Source: a virus (lineage: Duplodnaviria; Caudoviricetes). From it: a DNA stretch of 64,000 nucleotides. A model generated the notes under the pieces. It ran no database searches. It was not told the DNA's origin and saw only the letters and a program-made list of their open reading frames with translations. The DNA is taken from positions 24,000-87,999 of IMG/VR virus record IMGVR_UViG_3300018475_000011; one strand, 5' to 3'. Both the position numbers and the translations under genes were made by a program. Below are positions 19,198 through 28,649 of the stretch, piece after piece (position 1 is the stretch's first letter; each line of letters opens with the position of its first letter).

Positions 19198-19776
19198 ATG
19201 ACGACATTTGAGAAGATGATTCGTAGATATATTCGTAGAAAGATATGGAAAAAGGCTTGGAAGCCATTTTGGGCTACCATTTTAATTATGAGTATTATTT
19301 GCATTATTGCTTACGGAGCATGGTGGATATACGGCAATATTACATTCACAACAAGCAATAATGCCAATGAGCTTTATAAGGTAGAATACGTTAAGGACGG
19401 CGACACTATCGTTTGTAATATAGACGGGGAATCCGTTACAGTAAGAATGATTGGAATTGATACACCCGAAAGCGTACATAGCGACGAAACAAAGAATGTG
19501 CCACAAGGCGATACCGCATCAAATTACACCAAAAGCCTTTTGGAAGGCAAGAAAGTCTATCTTGAATACGATATAGACAAAACAGATGATTATGGTCGTA
19601 CTTTAGCGTATGTGTATCTTGAAGATAATACAATGGTAAACAGCTTACTTTTGGAGAAGGGCTATGCAGAAACAATGATGATTGCTCCCAACGTAAAATA
19701 CGCATTGAAGTTTAGTGGCGTAGAAGCGGAAGCAAAGAAGAACAACGTCGGATTTTGGGACGGATATTTTGATTGA
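19198..19776 (+). CDS. membrane-anchored thermonuclease (SNase family)
   Basis: VKDGDTI..VRMIGIDTPE..DDYGRTLAYVY..AKKNNVGFW. Confidence 0.9.
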   Translation: MTTFEKMIRRYIRRKIWKKAWKPFWATILIMSIICIIAYGAWWIYGNITFTTSNNANELYKVEYVKDGDTIVCNIDGESVTVRMIGIDTPESVHSDETKNVPQGDTASNYTKSLLEGKKVYLEYDIDKTDDYGRTLAYVYLEDNTMVNSLLLEKGYAETMMIAPNVKYALKFSGVEAEAKKNNVGFWDGYFD

Positions 19777-19795
19777 GATAAGGAGCATAAGGCGT

Positions 19796-20389
19796 ATGGA
19801 ATACGAAAAATTGTTAAATGCGGTTGTTAGGGACTTAAAAGAAGATAAGGAGCGTGTATCGCAAGGGCGTACATCGTTGGGTAGGGGGTGTGCTGAATAT
19901 ACCGACGATTGCAAACAACGCCTTATTGAATATGCAGAAAACGGTAAAGAATGTTTAAGCAAATGCGAATATTGCTCGAAATTCAAATGGGTTATTGACA
20001 GAGCAAATCATTATGGAGAGAAATTGGGGATTCCGTGGAAGGAAGTTATGCAATCATGGGACGAAGATATGAGCTATTGGTATATGAATTATTATCAAGA
20101 ATGTAATCAACCACGCATAGAAGGCAATAATGTGTTCGTATTTGAATCAGCAGAAGAAATGAGAGAAAAGGTTGGGACAGAGTTTATATGCCCTTGTTGC
20201 AAAGGAATATCTACTAATCCTTACGAATGTAATTCGGGTATAATTATTAAAGGAAGCGGGGTTTGCGATTGGAAATCCTATGGGTTAATTCAGCTTAATC
20301 TTGCATTCATATATTGCAAAAAAGAAAGAAAGTCTACAAAATGTTTCATGCCAAAGGCGTTGATTCATCAAACCAAAAAGGAAGGATAA
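19796..20389 (+). CDS. hypothetical Cys-rich protein
   Basis: AAGGAG SD; CPCC..EC..CDW. Confidence 0.65.
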   Translation: MEYEKLLNAVVRDLKEDKERVSQGRTSLGRGCAEYTDDCKQRLIEYAENGKECLSKCEYCSKFKWVIDRANHYGEKLGIPWKEVMQSWDEDMSYWYMNYYQECNQPRIEGNNVFVFESAEEMREKVGTEFICPCCKGISTNPYECNSGIIIKGSGVCDWKSYGLIQLNLAFIYCKKERKSTKCFMPKALIHQTKKEG

Positions 20390-20392
20390 AAC

Positions 20393-20644
20393 ATGAACGG
20401 CGGGGAATATTTGTATAATGATGATTTTAGAAGCGTATGGCTCGATATTAAACGCAATCCATGTACGGAGCAAGAAGCAAAAGACCTTATAAGTAAAATA
20501 AAGCGACGAAAAACGAAGTGCGATAAATGCAAAAGTGCAGATTGCGGAAAATGTAATTTAATTACATCATACAAAGATGAAGCTCGTGTTGCTCAATATT
20601 TGCTTAACAAAGCGACAACGCCAAGGAGAAAGGAGATATTATGA
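20393..20644 (+). CDS. hypothetical protein
   Basis: co-oriented ORF with Cys cluster. Confidence 0.55.
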   Translation: MNGGEYLYNDDFRSVWLDIKRNPCTEQEAKDLISKIKRRKTKCDKCKSADCGKCNLITSYKDEARVAQYLLNKATTPRRKEIL

Positions 20645-21198
20645 AACCTAGTGGATATAGAAAAAAATATGAAGAATTAAAAGAAAAGGGTTATGATTAC
20701 GATGTAAATATGGAATACAATGAACAATGCGACGTTAAAAACGGAGCATGGGTTCTGATAACAAGGCAAGTTCCCGTGGAAGAACACGCAAAGCCCCATT
20801 TGTTCGGCATATATTGGGGTGTCCCGAAGCAAGACAAATTCGATAGGCAAGTATGCGTTATCCATACAACCGAAGATGTTACGCTATTAAACCATGAGTT
20901 TACCGTAATCGACGAAGAAAAACTGAAAATCTATCGTGAAGAAGGGTGGGAATTGCACGAAACTCATGGCTCAACAGAACAGCCTTTAGATATGGCGTTG
21001 ATTGAACAAGGGAGAAGTCTATGTGAAGAAGAAAGAGAAACCATTTGGGCTTTACAGCTTGACGGATTATCAGAGATGCAAGCGTGTGAAGAATATTTTT
21101 TGAGTAAGCACACGGATTACAATAATTACTCTATTTGTTACATTCCCAATAAGGACGTTTTTGAATATTGCGTTTCGGTATTTGGAGAACGGTGGTAG
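20641..21198 (+). CDS. hypothetical protein
   Basis: AAGGAG SD; coupled. Confidence 0.65.
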   Translation: MKPSGYRKKYEELKEKGYDYDVNMEYNEQCDVKNGAWVLITRQVPVEEHAKPHLFGIYWGVPKQDKFDRQVCVIHTTEDVTLLNHEFTVIDEEKLKIYREEGWELHETHGSTEQPLDMALIEQGRSLCEEERETIWALQLDGLSEMQACEEYFLSKHTDYNNYSICYIPNKDVFEYCVSVFGERW

Positions 21199-21219
21199 CA
21201 TACATAAGGAGCGGGTAAA

Positions 21220-21705
21220 ATGGCAAAAAGATTACACTATGAATTGGGTGGAAATGAAGATGATTATGTTAAGCAATGTTTGAGATGCCGACATAATTAC
21301 ACGAAAAGGAACGAAAGCGATACTTTGTATTGCACTCTTTCGGAATGTCGCTTTGAAGAAATACAAGGCGGGACATTGGTTATGACCTTGAAGAAAAAGT
21401 GGTTTGATATGATATTGTCGGGGGAAAAGACGGAAGAATATCGGGAAATGAAAACCTATTGGGAAAAGCGGTTCGATAATTATTTCGGTCGGCATTATGA
21501 TTTACAAAATCCTTCAAATCTTTTGTGGAACAATCAGATAAAGAACATTGTGTTTCGTAATGGTTATGGAAATGATAAGCCCGAATTTACCGCCAAATGC
21601 TCTATAAGCGAAGGATATGGAATAGAAGCATGGGGAGCAGAGCAAGGCTGTAAATATTATGTGTTAAAAATACATAAGGTTTTTAATCAACGAAATATCA
21701 TATAA
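21220..21705 (+). CDS. ASCH/PUA-like domain protein with N-terminal Cys motif
   Basis: LKKKWFDMILSGEKTEEYRE..IVFRNGY..WGAE. Confidence 0.65.
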   Translation: MAKRLHYELGGNEDDYVKQCLRCRHNYTKRNESDTLYCTLSECRFEEIQGGTLVMTLKKKWFDMILSGEKTEEYREMKTYWEKRFDNYFGRHYDLQNPSNLLWNNQIKNIVFRNGYGNDKPEFTAKCSISEGYGIEAWGAEQGCKYYVLKIHKVFNQRNII

Positions 21706-21721
21706 TACGGAGAGATAGAAT

Positions 21722-21946
21722 ATGCAAAAGGGAGATATAGTAAGAAATAATTGTCAATCCAATGGCAATCCATATAGACATCAAATTGTCGTAGGCGTTT
21801 TTAATGGTGGCAAAAGCGTAAGAACCATTGATTACATGGGAAATACTCACGTTTTTGATAATGCAATAGAACACATGGAAGTAGTCGGGCATTCCAAAGA
21901 ATATGATGCCTACATGGAATCATTAAAGGCACTAACTACTTATTAA
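21722..21946 (+). CDS. hypothetical protein
   Basis: GGAG SD. Confidence 0.55.
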   Translation: MQKGDIVRNNCQSNGNPYRHQIVVGVFNGGKSVRTIDYMGNTHVFDNAIEHMEVVGHSKEYDAYMESLKALTTY

Positions 21947-21968
21947 ATATAAGGAGAAAGGGATAAGT

Positions 21969-22451
21969 ATGTATTTCATTAAGAAAAAGGAAAATGAATG
22001 GTGGGAATTGGATAAAGAAACAATGTGTGCTTTTAACTTTTTCGGTGGCTATCATACAATCAAAGCAAATGAGCTTCAAACTTGTGAAATTGCAGAATGC
22101 GAAAATTGGCGTGACCTATATATAAAGAAGCATTATTGTCCCTTGGAAGTGACTATAAAATGGCGTGATGTTTGGATATCTCCCGAAGGAAAATATTACA
22201 ACGGGGAAGCACACGAAAACAGAGCGGAAGAAATCCTTGAAATCATATACGGGGAAGCCGATATTGATTGGGCGGGCGACAGATTAGAAGAGCTTGGGTG
22301 GATAAGAGCAACGGCAAGTTTGATGTGGGAAGTAAGAGCAAATTCGGATTATTGGAACGGAAAGAAGCTCACGCAAAGACAATACGATGCTTTATGGGAT
22401 TGGTGCGAATCACACAAAAAGACCCTTCCACAAAAAATAGAGATAATTTAA
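21969..22451 (+). CDS. hypothetical protein
   Basis: AAGGAG SD. Confidence 0.65.
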   Translation: MYFIKKKENEWWELDKETMCAFNFFGGYHTIKANELQTCEIAECENWRDLYIKKHYCPLEVTIKWRDVWISPEGKYYNGEAHENRAEEILEIIYGEADIDWAGDRLEELGWIRATASLMWEVRANSDYWNGKKLTQRQYDALWDWCESHKKTLPQKIEII

Positions 22452-22463
22452 GGAGAAAAATAT

Positions 22464-22685
22464 ATGATATTTAAGTGGTTGATTATTGCATTCATAATTA
22501 TATGTGCCTTGTTTCAAATAGGATTAATCGTTAGATTTTTCTGTTGTGTCCTTCCCAAGAAAAAAGATTGCCAACGGAACTGTCCCATGGGGTTTATGTG
22601 TACTCGAACACATTATTACGCTCCATTAACGCCCGAAGAAGCAGAAAAAATAAAATATTATATAGAAAAGGGAGATTTGAAATGA
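22464..22685 (+). CDS. small membrane protein
   Basis: N-terminal TM. Confidence 0.55.
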   Translation: MIFKWLIIAFIIICALFQIGLIVRFFCCVLPKKKDCQRNCPMGFMCTRTHYYAPLTPEEAEKIKYYIEKGDLK

Positions 22686-22849
22686 AAGAATATTGCATGA
22701 TTGGAAAAGATATCGGAATTGTTGTGTATGCAAATAACGCTCTCGAAGCTATGCAGAAAGCAGAAAATGAATTGTTGCAAGGGTGGGGCGGGAGCATTGA
22801 ATTTTGTAATGAGAACGACCAAGAAGAATATGACAATGCCGAAGTATAA
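22682..22849 (+). CDS. hypothetical protein
   Basis: ATGA overlap with upstream stop; GGGAG SD. Confidence 0.5.
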   Translation: MKEYCMIGKDIGIVVYANNALEAMQKAENELLQGWGGSIEFCNENDQEEYDNAEV

Positions 22850-22878
22850 GCGAATGCGGGAAAGGTGGTTGTATAACT

Positions 22879-23094
22879 ATGAATAAAAACGGAAGTAGTA
22901 ACGATTTGAAAAAATTGTTAAGGGCGATGTGGAAGTGGAGCGATGCTGATTTGGCGAATTATTATATTGATGTATGTGCATATAACGACGATGATGCTAT
23001 TAAAATAGGAAAGGAAATTCGTGAGATAATGGTATCAAGGTTCGTAGAAAAATATGCAGATATAAGACCCGAAGAAGAAAACGAAGAAGAATAA
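22879..23094 (+). CDS. hypothetical protein
   Basis: co-oriented ORF. Confidence 0.55.
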   Translation: MNKNGSSNDLKKLLRAMWKWSDADLANYYIDVCAYNDDDAIKIGKEIREIMVSRFVEKYADIRPEEENEEE

Positions 23095-23201
23095 TCATAA
23101 ATATAGGCAAATGTCTGTTCGATTTTGCTTGCAATCTGAATAGATTAGTGATATAGTTTCCTTAACACAACCAACTCTATTTTTAATATAAGAAAGGAAG
23201 T

Positions 23202-23549
23202 ATGCGTATGGGAAACTATTATGTAGGACAGACCGTATACAATTCGCTCAAAAAAGAAGATGAAGTTGTAGTTGGTGTGTCAGAAGAAATTATCAAGACT
23301 AGCAATGCAGACGGATTTGTAAGCGATTATGATATTGCCTATATTCTTCCTATGAGTTCAAAGGATATTGACAAAAAGTATCATAATATAAAATGTCATG
23401 TATGCAAGGAATTGGAAAAAGTTAAAGAAGTAAGTGGAGATTATCCATTGGTAATGTTTGAAGATATTAATGGAAATAGGGTAATGCAATATCCTTACTT
23501 CTGCTATTCATGCGGTGCAAAATTATTTGAAGAAGAGCCACTTGGATAA
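23202..23549 (+). CDS. hypothetical protein
   Basis: own promoter (TTGCAA-17-TATAGT) and ACACAACCAA leader; Cys pairs. Confidence 0.65.
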   Translation: MRMGNYYVGQTVYNSLKKEDEVVVGVSEEIIKTSNADGFVSDYDIAYILPMSSKDIDKKYHNIKCHVCKELEKVKEVSGDYPLVMFEDINGNRVMQYPYFCYSCGAKLFEEEPLG

Positions 23550-23552
23550 ATA

Positions 23553-23580
23553 AAGAGCGTGTTTCGGCACGCTTTTTTAT
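23553..23580 (+). terminator. intrinsic terminator
   Basis: AGCGTG-tttcgg-CACGCT then T run. Confidence 0.8.
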
Positions 23581-23603
23581 TTTACAAAATATGCAATTAT
23601 GTG

Positions 23604-23632
23604 TTGACAGAATCGTTACGCTATGTTATAAT
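23604..23632 (+). promoter_or_regulatory. CGTTAC-class promoter 3
   Basis: TTGACA gaatCGTTACgctatgt TATAAT. Confidence 0.85.
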
Positions 23633-23661
23633 ATAATTAACTTGAAAGGGGGTGCAATTAA

Positions 23662-23871
23662 GCACATGAACAGATTGATGAAGCAAATGATTCGTTGGAA
23701 GATGCAAAAGATTCTCTCGAATCATTAAAGGAAGCTATTACCAATTTGCTTACCGATGCAGAATATGAAGATTACGAATTTGGCGACGCTGACGACGCAA
23801 AAGAGAAGTCCGAAAGTGCTTGTAGCTCAATCGAAGAAGCTATCAGTAGCATGGAAGATGCTACCGCATAA
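23662..23871 (+). pseudogene. 5'-truncated acidic helical ORF
   Basis: 69 open codons (HEQIDEANDSLEDAKDSLESL..IEEAISSMEDATA) with in-frame TAA immediately upstream and no ATG start near the SD. Confidence 0.5.
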
Positions 23872-23954
23872 AAAGGGGATATACTTGCCATATATCATAT
23901 ATAAGCATGGGTTATAAACATCAAAAGTAGCCCATGCTTATTTAATAAAGAATG

Positions 23955-24035
23955 AGTGGTAAAAATAACCATAAGAGAATAAGTAGTAAAAGTAAAGTAG
24001 TAAAAGTAACCTATGTTTATTTAGTGGTAAAAGTA
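23955..24035 (+). repeat. four AGTRGTAAAA(G/A)TA direct repeats
   Basis: copies at 23955, 23982, 23996, 24023 abutting a promoter -35. Confidence 0.75.
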
Positions 24036-24064
24036 TAGACAGAATGGCTAAATTGTGCTATAAT
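24036..24064 (+). promoter_or_regulatory. SigA-type promoter
   Basis: TAGACA-17-TATAAT with extended TG. Confidence 0.7.
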
Positions 24065-24138
24065 GAACATATAATAAAGTAGTTAAGGTAACGGTCGTTA
24101 CTTTAACTACACCAAAGAATAACGGGAGAACGAAAACC

Positions 24139-24546
24139 ATGAGAAGCATCTATGATAATCCTTATAAATATGCTTGCGTTTGCGATGTGCCTATTGAATT
24201 AGCAAAGATAGCGTGCCTAAAACATAGACACAATATTAAGGAGCAGAGAAAACATCGTGCATACTGTCCTTGTTGCAAATCAAAGCATTTGATATTTAAC
24301 ATGGGTTCATACGAAGAAGGATATGGAGATTTCTTTGAATGCTATGAATGCGGGGAAACATTTGACCCTAGCGAAATACCTAACGTGGAATATTTTGATT
24401 ACATGGGGTGGGCTGACTTCGATGCGGTTTTATATTTCAGCGACACTAACAATAAGGAAGAAGGGTGGTTGGAAGCGTGCGGAGCAACCACACATGAAGA
24501 ATGGCTAAGATTTGCAAAGTCAATGATAGTCGGAAAAAGATATTAA
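24139..24546 (+). CDS. hypothetical Zn-ribbon protein
   Basis: CPCC..CYECG; GGGAG SD. Confidence 0.65.
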   Translation: MRSIYDNPYKYACVCDVPIELAKIACLKHRHNIKEQRKHRAYCPCCKSKHLIFNMGSYEEGYGDFFECYECGETFDPSEIPNVEYFDYMGWADFDAVLYFSDTNNKEEGWLEACGATTHEEWLRFAKSMIVGKRY

Positions 24547-24761
24547 AATACAAAAGAGTATGGAGCGGAATTATGATAGTGGTATATATAGGAATTGCAA
24601 TTATGGCAATAGGCGTTACTATGTTTTTAATACCAATGGCACTTGATAAGTGGGAAGCGTTGGCAAAAGCGGGATTTATTGTGTTTTGTGTGGGGATATT
24701 TATAACCCTTATTGCATTATTAGTATCGCAAGGGGGTGTTTATTTTGGCATGGGGGATTAG
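24501..24761 (+). CDS. small membrane protein (start uncertain)
   Basis: two hydrophobic helices. Confidence 0.5.
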   Translation: MAKICKVNDSRKKILKYKRVWSGIMIVVYIGIAIMAIGVTMFLIPMALDKWEALAKAGFIVFCVGIFITLIALLVSQGGVYFGMGD

Positions 24762-24960
24762 TCCAAAAGCTCCACCACGGGAAAAAATCAAAGCAGAGAT
24801 GAATGATTTTCTCATGGGGTATAACAGTTGCGGGATTATTGATTATTCTACATATTCCGAAATGTACGATTTTACAATGGAATTATTAGATAGAATGTAC
24901 GCACAAGGAATGACCGACGGCAAAATCATAGATGATGCCATTGCAAAGGAGCAAGAATGA
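24736..24960 (+). CDS. hypothetical protein
   Basis: co-oriented ORF. Confidence 0.5.
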   Translation: MFILAWGISPKAPPREKIKAEMNDFLMGYNSCGIIDYSTYSEMYDFTMELLDRMYAQGMTDGKIIDDAIAKEQE

Positions 24961-25202
24961 AATATTATATAAGCAAACCAACTTCTCATAAAACAGATGA
25001 ACGTCTTATTGAAGGAATAAAATCGGTGGATTCAGAAGCGGAATTTGTCGGTAATTTATATAAAGCGGATATTGCTGTATTTCAGAAGGGGTGGACGAAA
25101 TCTAAAATATGCGTAGCAGATTATCACTTGGCAAGTGAAAGACGCATAGAAAGAAGGGAAGCCTATTTGTATACAGATAAGTATAAAGCCAAATTAAATT
25201 AG
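24957..25202 (+). CDS. hypothetical protein
   Basis: coupled; AAGGAG SD. Confidence 0.6.
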   Translation: MKYYISKPTSHKTDERLIEGIKSVDSEAEFVGNLYKADIAVFQKGWTKSKICVADYHLASERRIERREAYLYTDKYKAKLN

Positions 25203-25214
25203 AAAGGTAAACAA

Positions 25215-25532
25215 ATGGAAATATTATCAGAAATGCCTACGGGAATGGGCGGTAAATGGGTACTTGTAAAATATAAGGAAGATTTTTACGCATACGGTTA
25301 TGAGCGGGATTTACACTCGCTGTGGGGATTCCCCGTAAATCATTGCGGAACTAAAGACGATGTTTTGGGGCATTGTAAAGCGATTGCGGAATTGTGCAAA
25401 AAAAATATAGCCAAATACCATGCGGAAATTGCGAAGAAGCAATCTGACGGGTGGAAGCTCTTGCTCGAACAAGAAGAAAAAGAATTGGATATGCTGACTA
25501 AATTCGCAAGCATCTTAACGGAAGCGATATAG
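25215..25532 (+). CDS. hypothetical protein
   Basis: co-oriented ORF. Confidence 0.6.
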   Translation: MEILSEMPTGMGGKWVLVKYKEDFYAYGYERDLHSLWGFPVNHCGTKDDVLGHCKAIAELCKKNIAKYHAEIAKKQSDGWKLLLEQEEKELDMLTKFASILTEAI

Positions 25533-25550
25533 GCACAATGGGGGTAATTT

Positions 25551-25814
25551 ATGAAAAATATTGATAACATTAAACTTTCTATTTGTAACGCTATTAACTC
25601 TTTGTCGGAAGAAGAACTACGTCAACTTATAATTTCATGTGGGGAATTTAAGGAGAGTGAAGGGCTTTTATCAATTCGGGCGGTGTATGGTTGTGATGAA
25701 TGCGAAAAAACATTTGATTACTGTGAGAATTATGGCTTAGATGCTCCATGTGAGAAGCGTTTTTATGATTATTGCAATATGGAAATTCTTGAAAGCGAAA
25801 ATAAATCTTCGTAA
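25551..25814 (+). CDS. hypothetical protein
   Basis: GGGGG SD. Confidence 0.55.
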   Translation: MKNIDNIKLSICNAINSLSEEELRQLIISCGEFKESEGLLSIRAVYGCDECEKTFDYCENYGLDAPCEKRFYDYCNMEILESENKSS

Positions 25815-25823
25815 CTGTGGAGC

Positions 25824-26018
25824 TTGTATGAATGGAAAATCGAAATTTTTAGGGAATTTAATATGTGTACTAAGTTTGAGTGTAAAAAATCAAGTGAATG
25901 CGTAAACGAATATATCTGTGACGATGTTAGATGTCCGCATTTTCTTAACACAAATTGCTATATGTGCAAAAGGTCAAACGATTGCAAGCAAGCAAAGAAC
26001 AGCGAAAAGGGGGAATAA
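25824..26018 (+). CDS. Cys-rich hypothetical protein
   Basis: 9 Cys in 64 aa. Confidence 0.45.
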   Translation: MYEWKIEIFREFNMCTKFECKKSSECVNEYICDDVRCPHFLNTNCYMCKRSNDCKQAKNSEKGE

Positions 26019-26019
26019 C

Positions 26020-26253
26020 ATGAGCTTTTTTATAGGTTTAATCGTGGGTATCGCCTTTAATGTTATTGCAAGTCGCTTGATAAGAAGAGAAATGGAGAAA
26101 AGGCAAAAGATATTTGCATTGATAGTTTTATATATTACGGCGATTGTTCTAATCTTTTTGATTACGGTAGCGATTCCTATTGTGTTGGAAGGAACTACGC
26201 AAAATCTTTCAAGCGAAATCGCCGACATGGTAAAAGCGAATAGTGGAAAATAG
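26020..26253 (+). CDS. small membrane protein
   Basis: two TM helices; GGGGG SD. Confidence 0.55.
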   Translation: MSFFIGLIVGIAFNVIASRLIRREMEKRQKIFALIVLYITAIVLIFLITVAIPIVLEGTTQNLSSEIADMVKANSGK

Positions 26254-26268
26254 AAAGGAGCTTGGGAT

Positions 26269-26466
26269 ATGACAGTAGGGGAACTGATAGAATGTTGTTA
26301 TGATAAGATAATTATTTATACAACCATTGAAAATAAAACAAGTCCAAATGAAATGTTTAAGGATTTGTATAAGGGAGAGAAAGATAAAATCCCCAATAAT
26401 CTTTTGGATAAGCCCGTACAATGCTTTGGAGCTAGGCGGGTAGATGTTATTGAAATTTGTATATAA
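26269..26466 (+). CDS. hypothetical protein
   Basis: AAGGAG SD. Confidence 0.55.
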   Translation: MTVGELIECCYDKIIIYTTIENKTSPNEMFKDLYKGEKDKIPNNLLDKPVQCFGARRVDVIEICI

Positions 26467-26483
26467 TAAGGAAGGAAATAAAA

Positions 26484-26831
26484 ATGCAGAAACAGCCACT
26501 TGTATCATTTGATATTTTGAAGAACGGGGACAAAATTATTAGTCCTATTGATAAGGAAGTAACGGAATTTTTGATTAGTAAAAACGGCGATAAGTATTTG
26601 GCAAGTAAACATAGTATGTTTTATTTTACTCAATTTAATCCAAAAGACTTCTATAAGTATGACGGAAGCAAGGAAGTAGGGGAAGTGGACGGCGATTATT
26701 TTAAGGATAATGATTGTTGCGTGCAAGAAAAGTGTCAATTTTATCAACCTTGTAACGAAGCATCACATTTGGGTTGTATGTACGGAGCGTGTGCGGAAGA
26801 TAAAGAATCGGAAAGGGAATGTAAAAAGTGA
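26484..26831 (+). CDS. hypothetical protein
   Basis: AAGGAAGG SD. Confidence 0.6.
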   Translation: MQKQPLVSFDILKNGDKIISPIDKEVTEFLISKNGDKYLASKHSMFYFTQFNPKDFYKYDGSKEVGEVDGDYFKDNDCCVQEKCQFYQPCNEASHLGCMYGACAEDKESERECKK

Positions 26832-27100
26832 AGGAGATTACATTGATAAGCGACAACGCCCTTCGTCGATTGAGAGAAATGGGGTTTGTTATCTTGTGTC
26901 AAATTGCAGATGATTATATACGGTTTTATAATTCCGAACACGACATAGAAGTAACCCTTTATAAAAGCGAAGAGCGGGATTCGTATAAAGGCGTATATAT
27001 GGACTTAAAGGCAAAAGGGGAATGGATTAAAGAGTGCAAGGGAAGAAACGTGGTGTCGCACATTGAGCGATATTTCAAACGAAACGGAATTAAGGAGTAG
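26828..27100 (+). CDS. hypothetical protein
   Basis: coupled GTG start. Confidence 0.55.
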   Translation: MKEITLISDNALRRLREMGFVILCQIADDYIRFYNSEHDIEVTLYKSEERDSYKGVYMDLKAKGEWIKECKGRNVVSHIERYFKRNGIKE

Positions 27101-27102
27101 AT

Positions 27103-27597
27103 ATGGTAAAAGTGTTAATAGCCTATTCGGGTGGGGGCAAAACCGCAAAAATCAAAACAGACATAATCAATCACTATTACGGCGATGATGAAATAGGTCG
27201 TGATGTCTATATTATAGAAAGAGAAGATTATTCCGAATATAGTAGGGTTTTCAATTTGGATTATTTCAAAATAATTAAGCCTAGTTCGGATATGTCGTTT
27301 TTTGATGATGTAAGAGATAGTGATATATATATTGATTGTGAGTGCATGGAAGATGAATTTATGAGCAATGTATTAGGTATCATCAAGAACGCAAAAACAC
27401 GCAAAAACAACGTGGTTATTACATTTTTAGATATTGAAAGAAGCAAGTATCAGCGGGCGATATTTGAATATGCCGACGAAGTATTGGTAGGAAAATGCGA
27501 TTTGCTTACAGAGCAAATTCTTGAAGCAATATTTTCGCAAAAAATAAGACCGCAACAGACACGGTACGAATTTAGAAAATTAGGGGGTAAAAAATAA
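27103..27597 (+). CDS. small P-loop NTPase-like protein
   Basis: LIAYSGGGKT Walker A-like; IYIDCE degenerate Walker B. Confidence 0.45.
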   Translation: MVKVLIAYSGGGKTAKIKTDIINHYYGDDEIGRDVYIIEREDYSEYSRVFNLDYFKIIKPSSDMSFFDDVRDSDIYIDCECMEDEFMSNVLGIIKNAKTRKNNVVITFLDIERSKYQRAIFEYADEVLVGKCDLLTEQILEAIFSQKIRPQQTRYEFRKLGGKK

Positions 27598-27599
27598 TT

Positions 27600-27899
27600 A
27601 TGAATGGATATACATTAATGGCTGAAAGCTACAAAAAGGCGGTGGAAAAGGGAAAGATTGAAAAGGAAGTGGCTGACAAAGAAATTCGCATATATGATTT
27701 TTTGGCTACTTGCGACGAAGATGATATGTGTCGTTTGGTAGATAGCGGAGCATTTAATGATATTATTAAGGCATATATCGAATTAGCGATAAAGAACGCT
27801 GATATAGGAGAGAAGGCAAAGGAGCAAGCCTTATCGCAAGTGCGTTGGGTATTTGATATAAAAAATGCAAAAGAAGCTCTTGCCGATTATTATAAATAG
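27600..27899 (+). CDS. hypothetical protein
   Basis: GGGGG SD. Confidence 0.6.
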   Translation: MNGYTLMAESYKKAVEKGKIEKEVADKEIRIYDFLATCDEDDMCRLVDSGAFNDIIKAYIELAIKNADIGEKAKEQALSQVRWVFDIKNAKEALADYYK

Positions 27900-27913
27900 G
27901 AAGGAAATGGCAA

Positions 27914-28648
27914 ATGTTCAAAGGAAGAACCATTTACGGCTATTGCCGTGTAAGTACAAAGAAGCAATCCTTAGAGCGACAGTTTCGCAATATATTGGCA
28001 TTTTGTCCCGATGCGAATTTGGTGGTGGAAACCTTTACGGGAACATCACTAAACCGTCCCGAATGGAAGAAACTGTATAAAAAATTAAAAAAGGGGGACA
28101 TCATTATATTTGATTCAGTATCACGAATGTCCCGTGATTGCGAAGAAGGATTTGCTTTATATAAGGAACTGTATGAAATGGGCGTTGACCTTATCTTCTT
28201 AAATGAACGCCATATTGATACCATGGCATATAGAGAAGCATTGGAAGGTATTATTTCAGCAGAAGTATCGACGGGAGATAACGCTACCGATGAATTAGTT
28301 AATTCTATAATGAAGGCAATCAATAAGTTTATGATGATAAAAGTCGAAGCAGATATCAAAAAAGCATTTGAACAATCCGAAAAGGAAGTCAAAGACCTTC
28401 AAAAGCGTACTAAGGAAGGAATTGAAACCGCAAAGAATAATGGGAAGCGTATTGGAACAGAAAAAGGGCGAAAGCTCAAAACCAAAAAGAGCGAATCTGC
28501 AAAACCTATGATAATTAAGCATAGCAAAGACTTTGGCGGTACGTTGTGTGATATTGATTGCATTAGGCTTGTCGGTATCTCTCGCAAAACATATTATAAA
28601 TACAAGCGGGAGATAAAGAAAGCATACGAAAAAGGAGAAGCGGTATAA
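27914..28648 (+). CDS. small serine recombinase (resolvase/invertase family)
   Basis: YGYCRVSTKKQSLERQ..TGTSLNRP..DSVSRMSR; C-terminal HTH (GISRKTYYKY). Confidence 0.9.
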   Translation: MFKGRTIYGYCRVSTKKQSLERQFRNILAFCPDANLVVETFTGTSLNRPEWKKLYKKLKKGDIIIFDSVSRMSRDCEEGFALYKELYEMGVDLIFLNERHIDTMAYREALEGIISAEVSTGDNATDELVNSIMKAINKFMMIKVEADIKKAFEQSEKEVKDLQKRTKEGIETAKNNGKRIGTEKGRKLKTKKSESAKPMIIKHSKDFGGTLCDIDCIRLVGISRKTYYKYKREIKKAYEKGEAV

Positions 28649-28649
28649 T

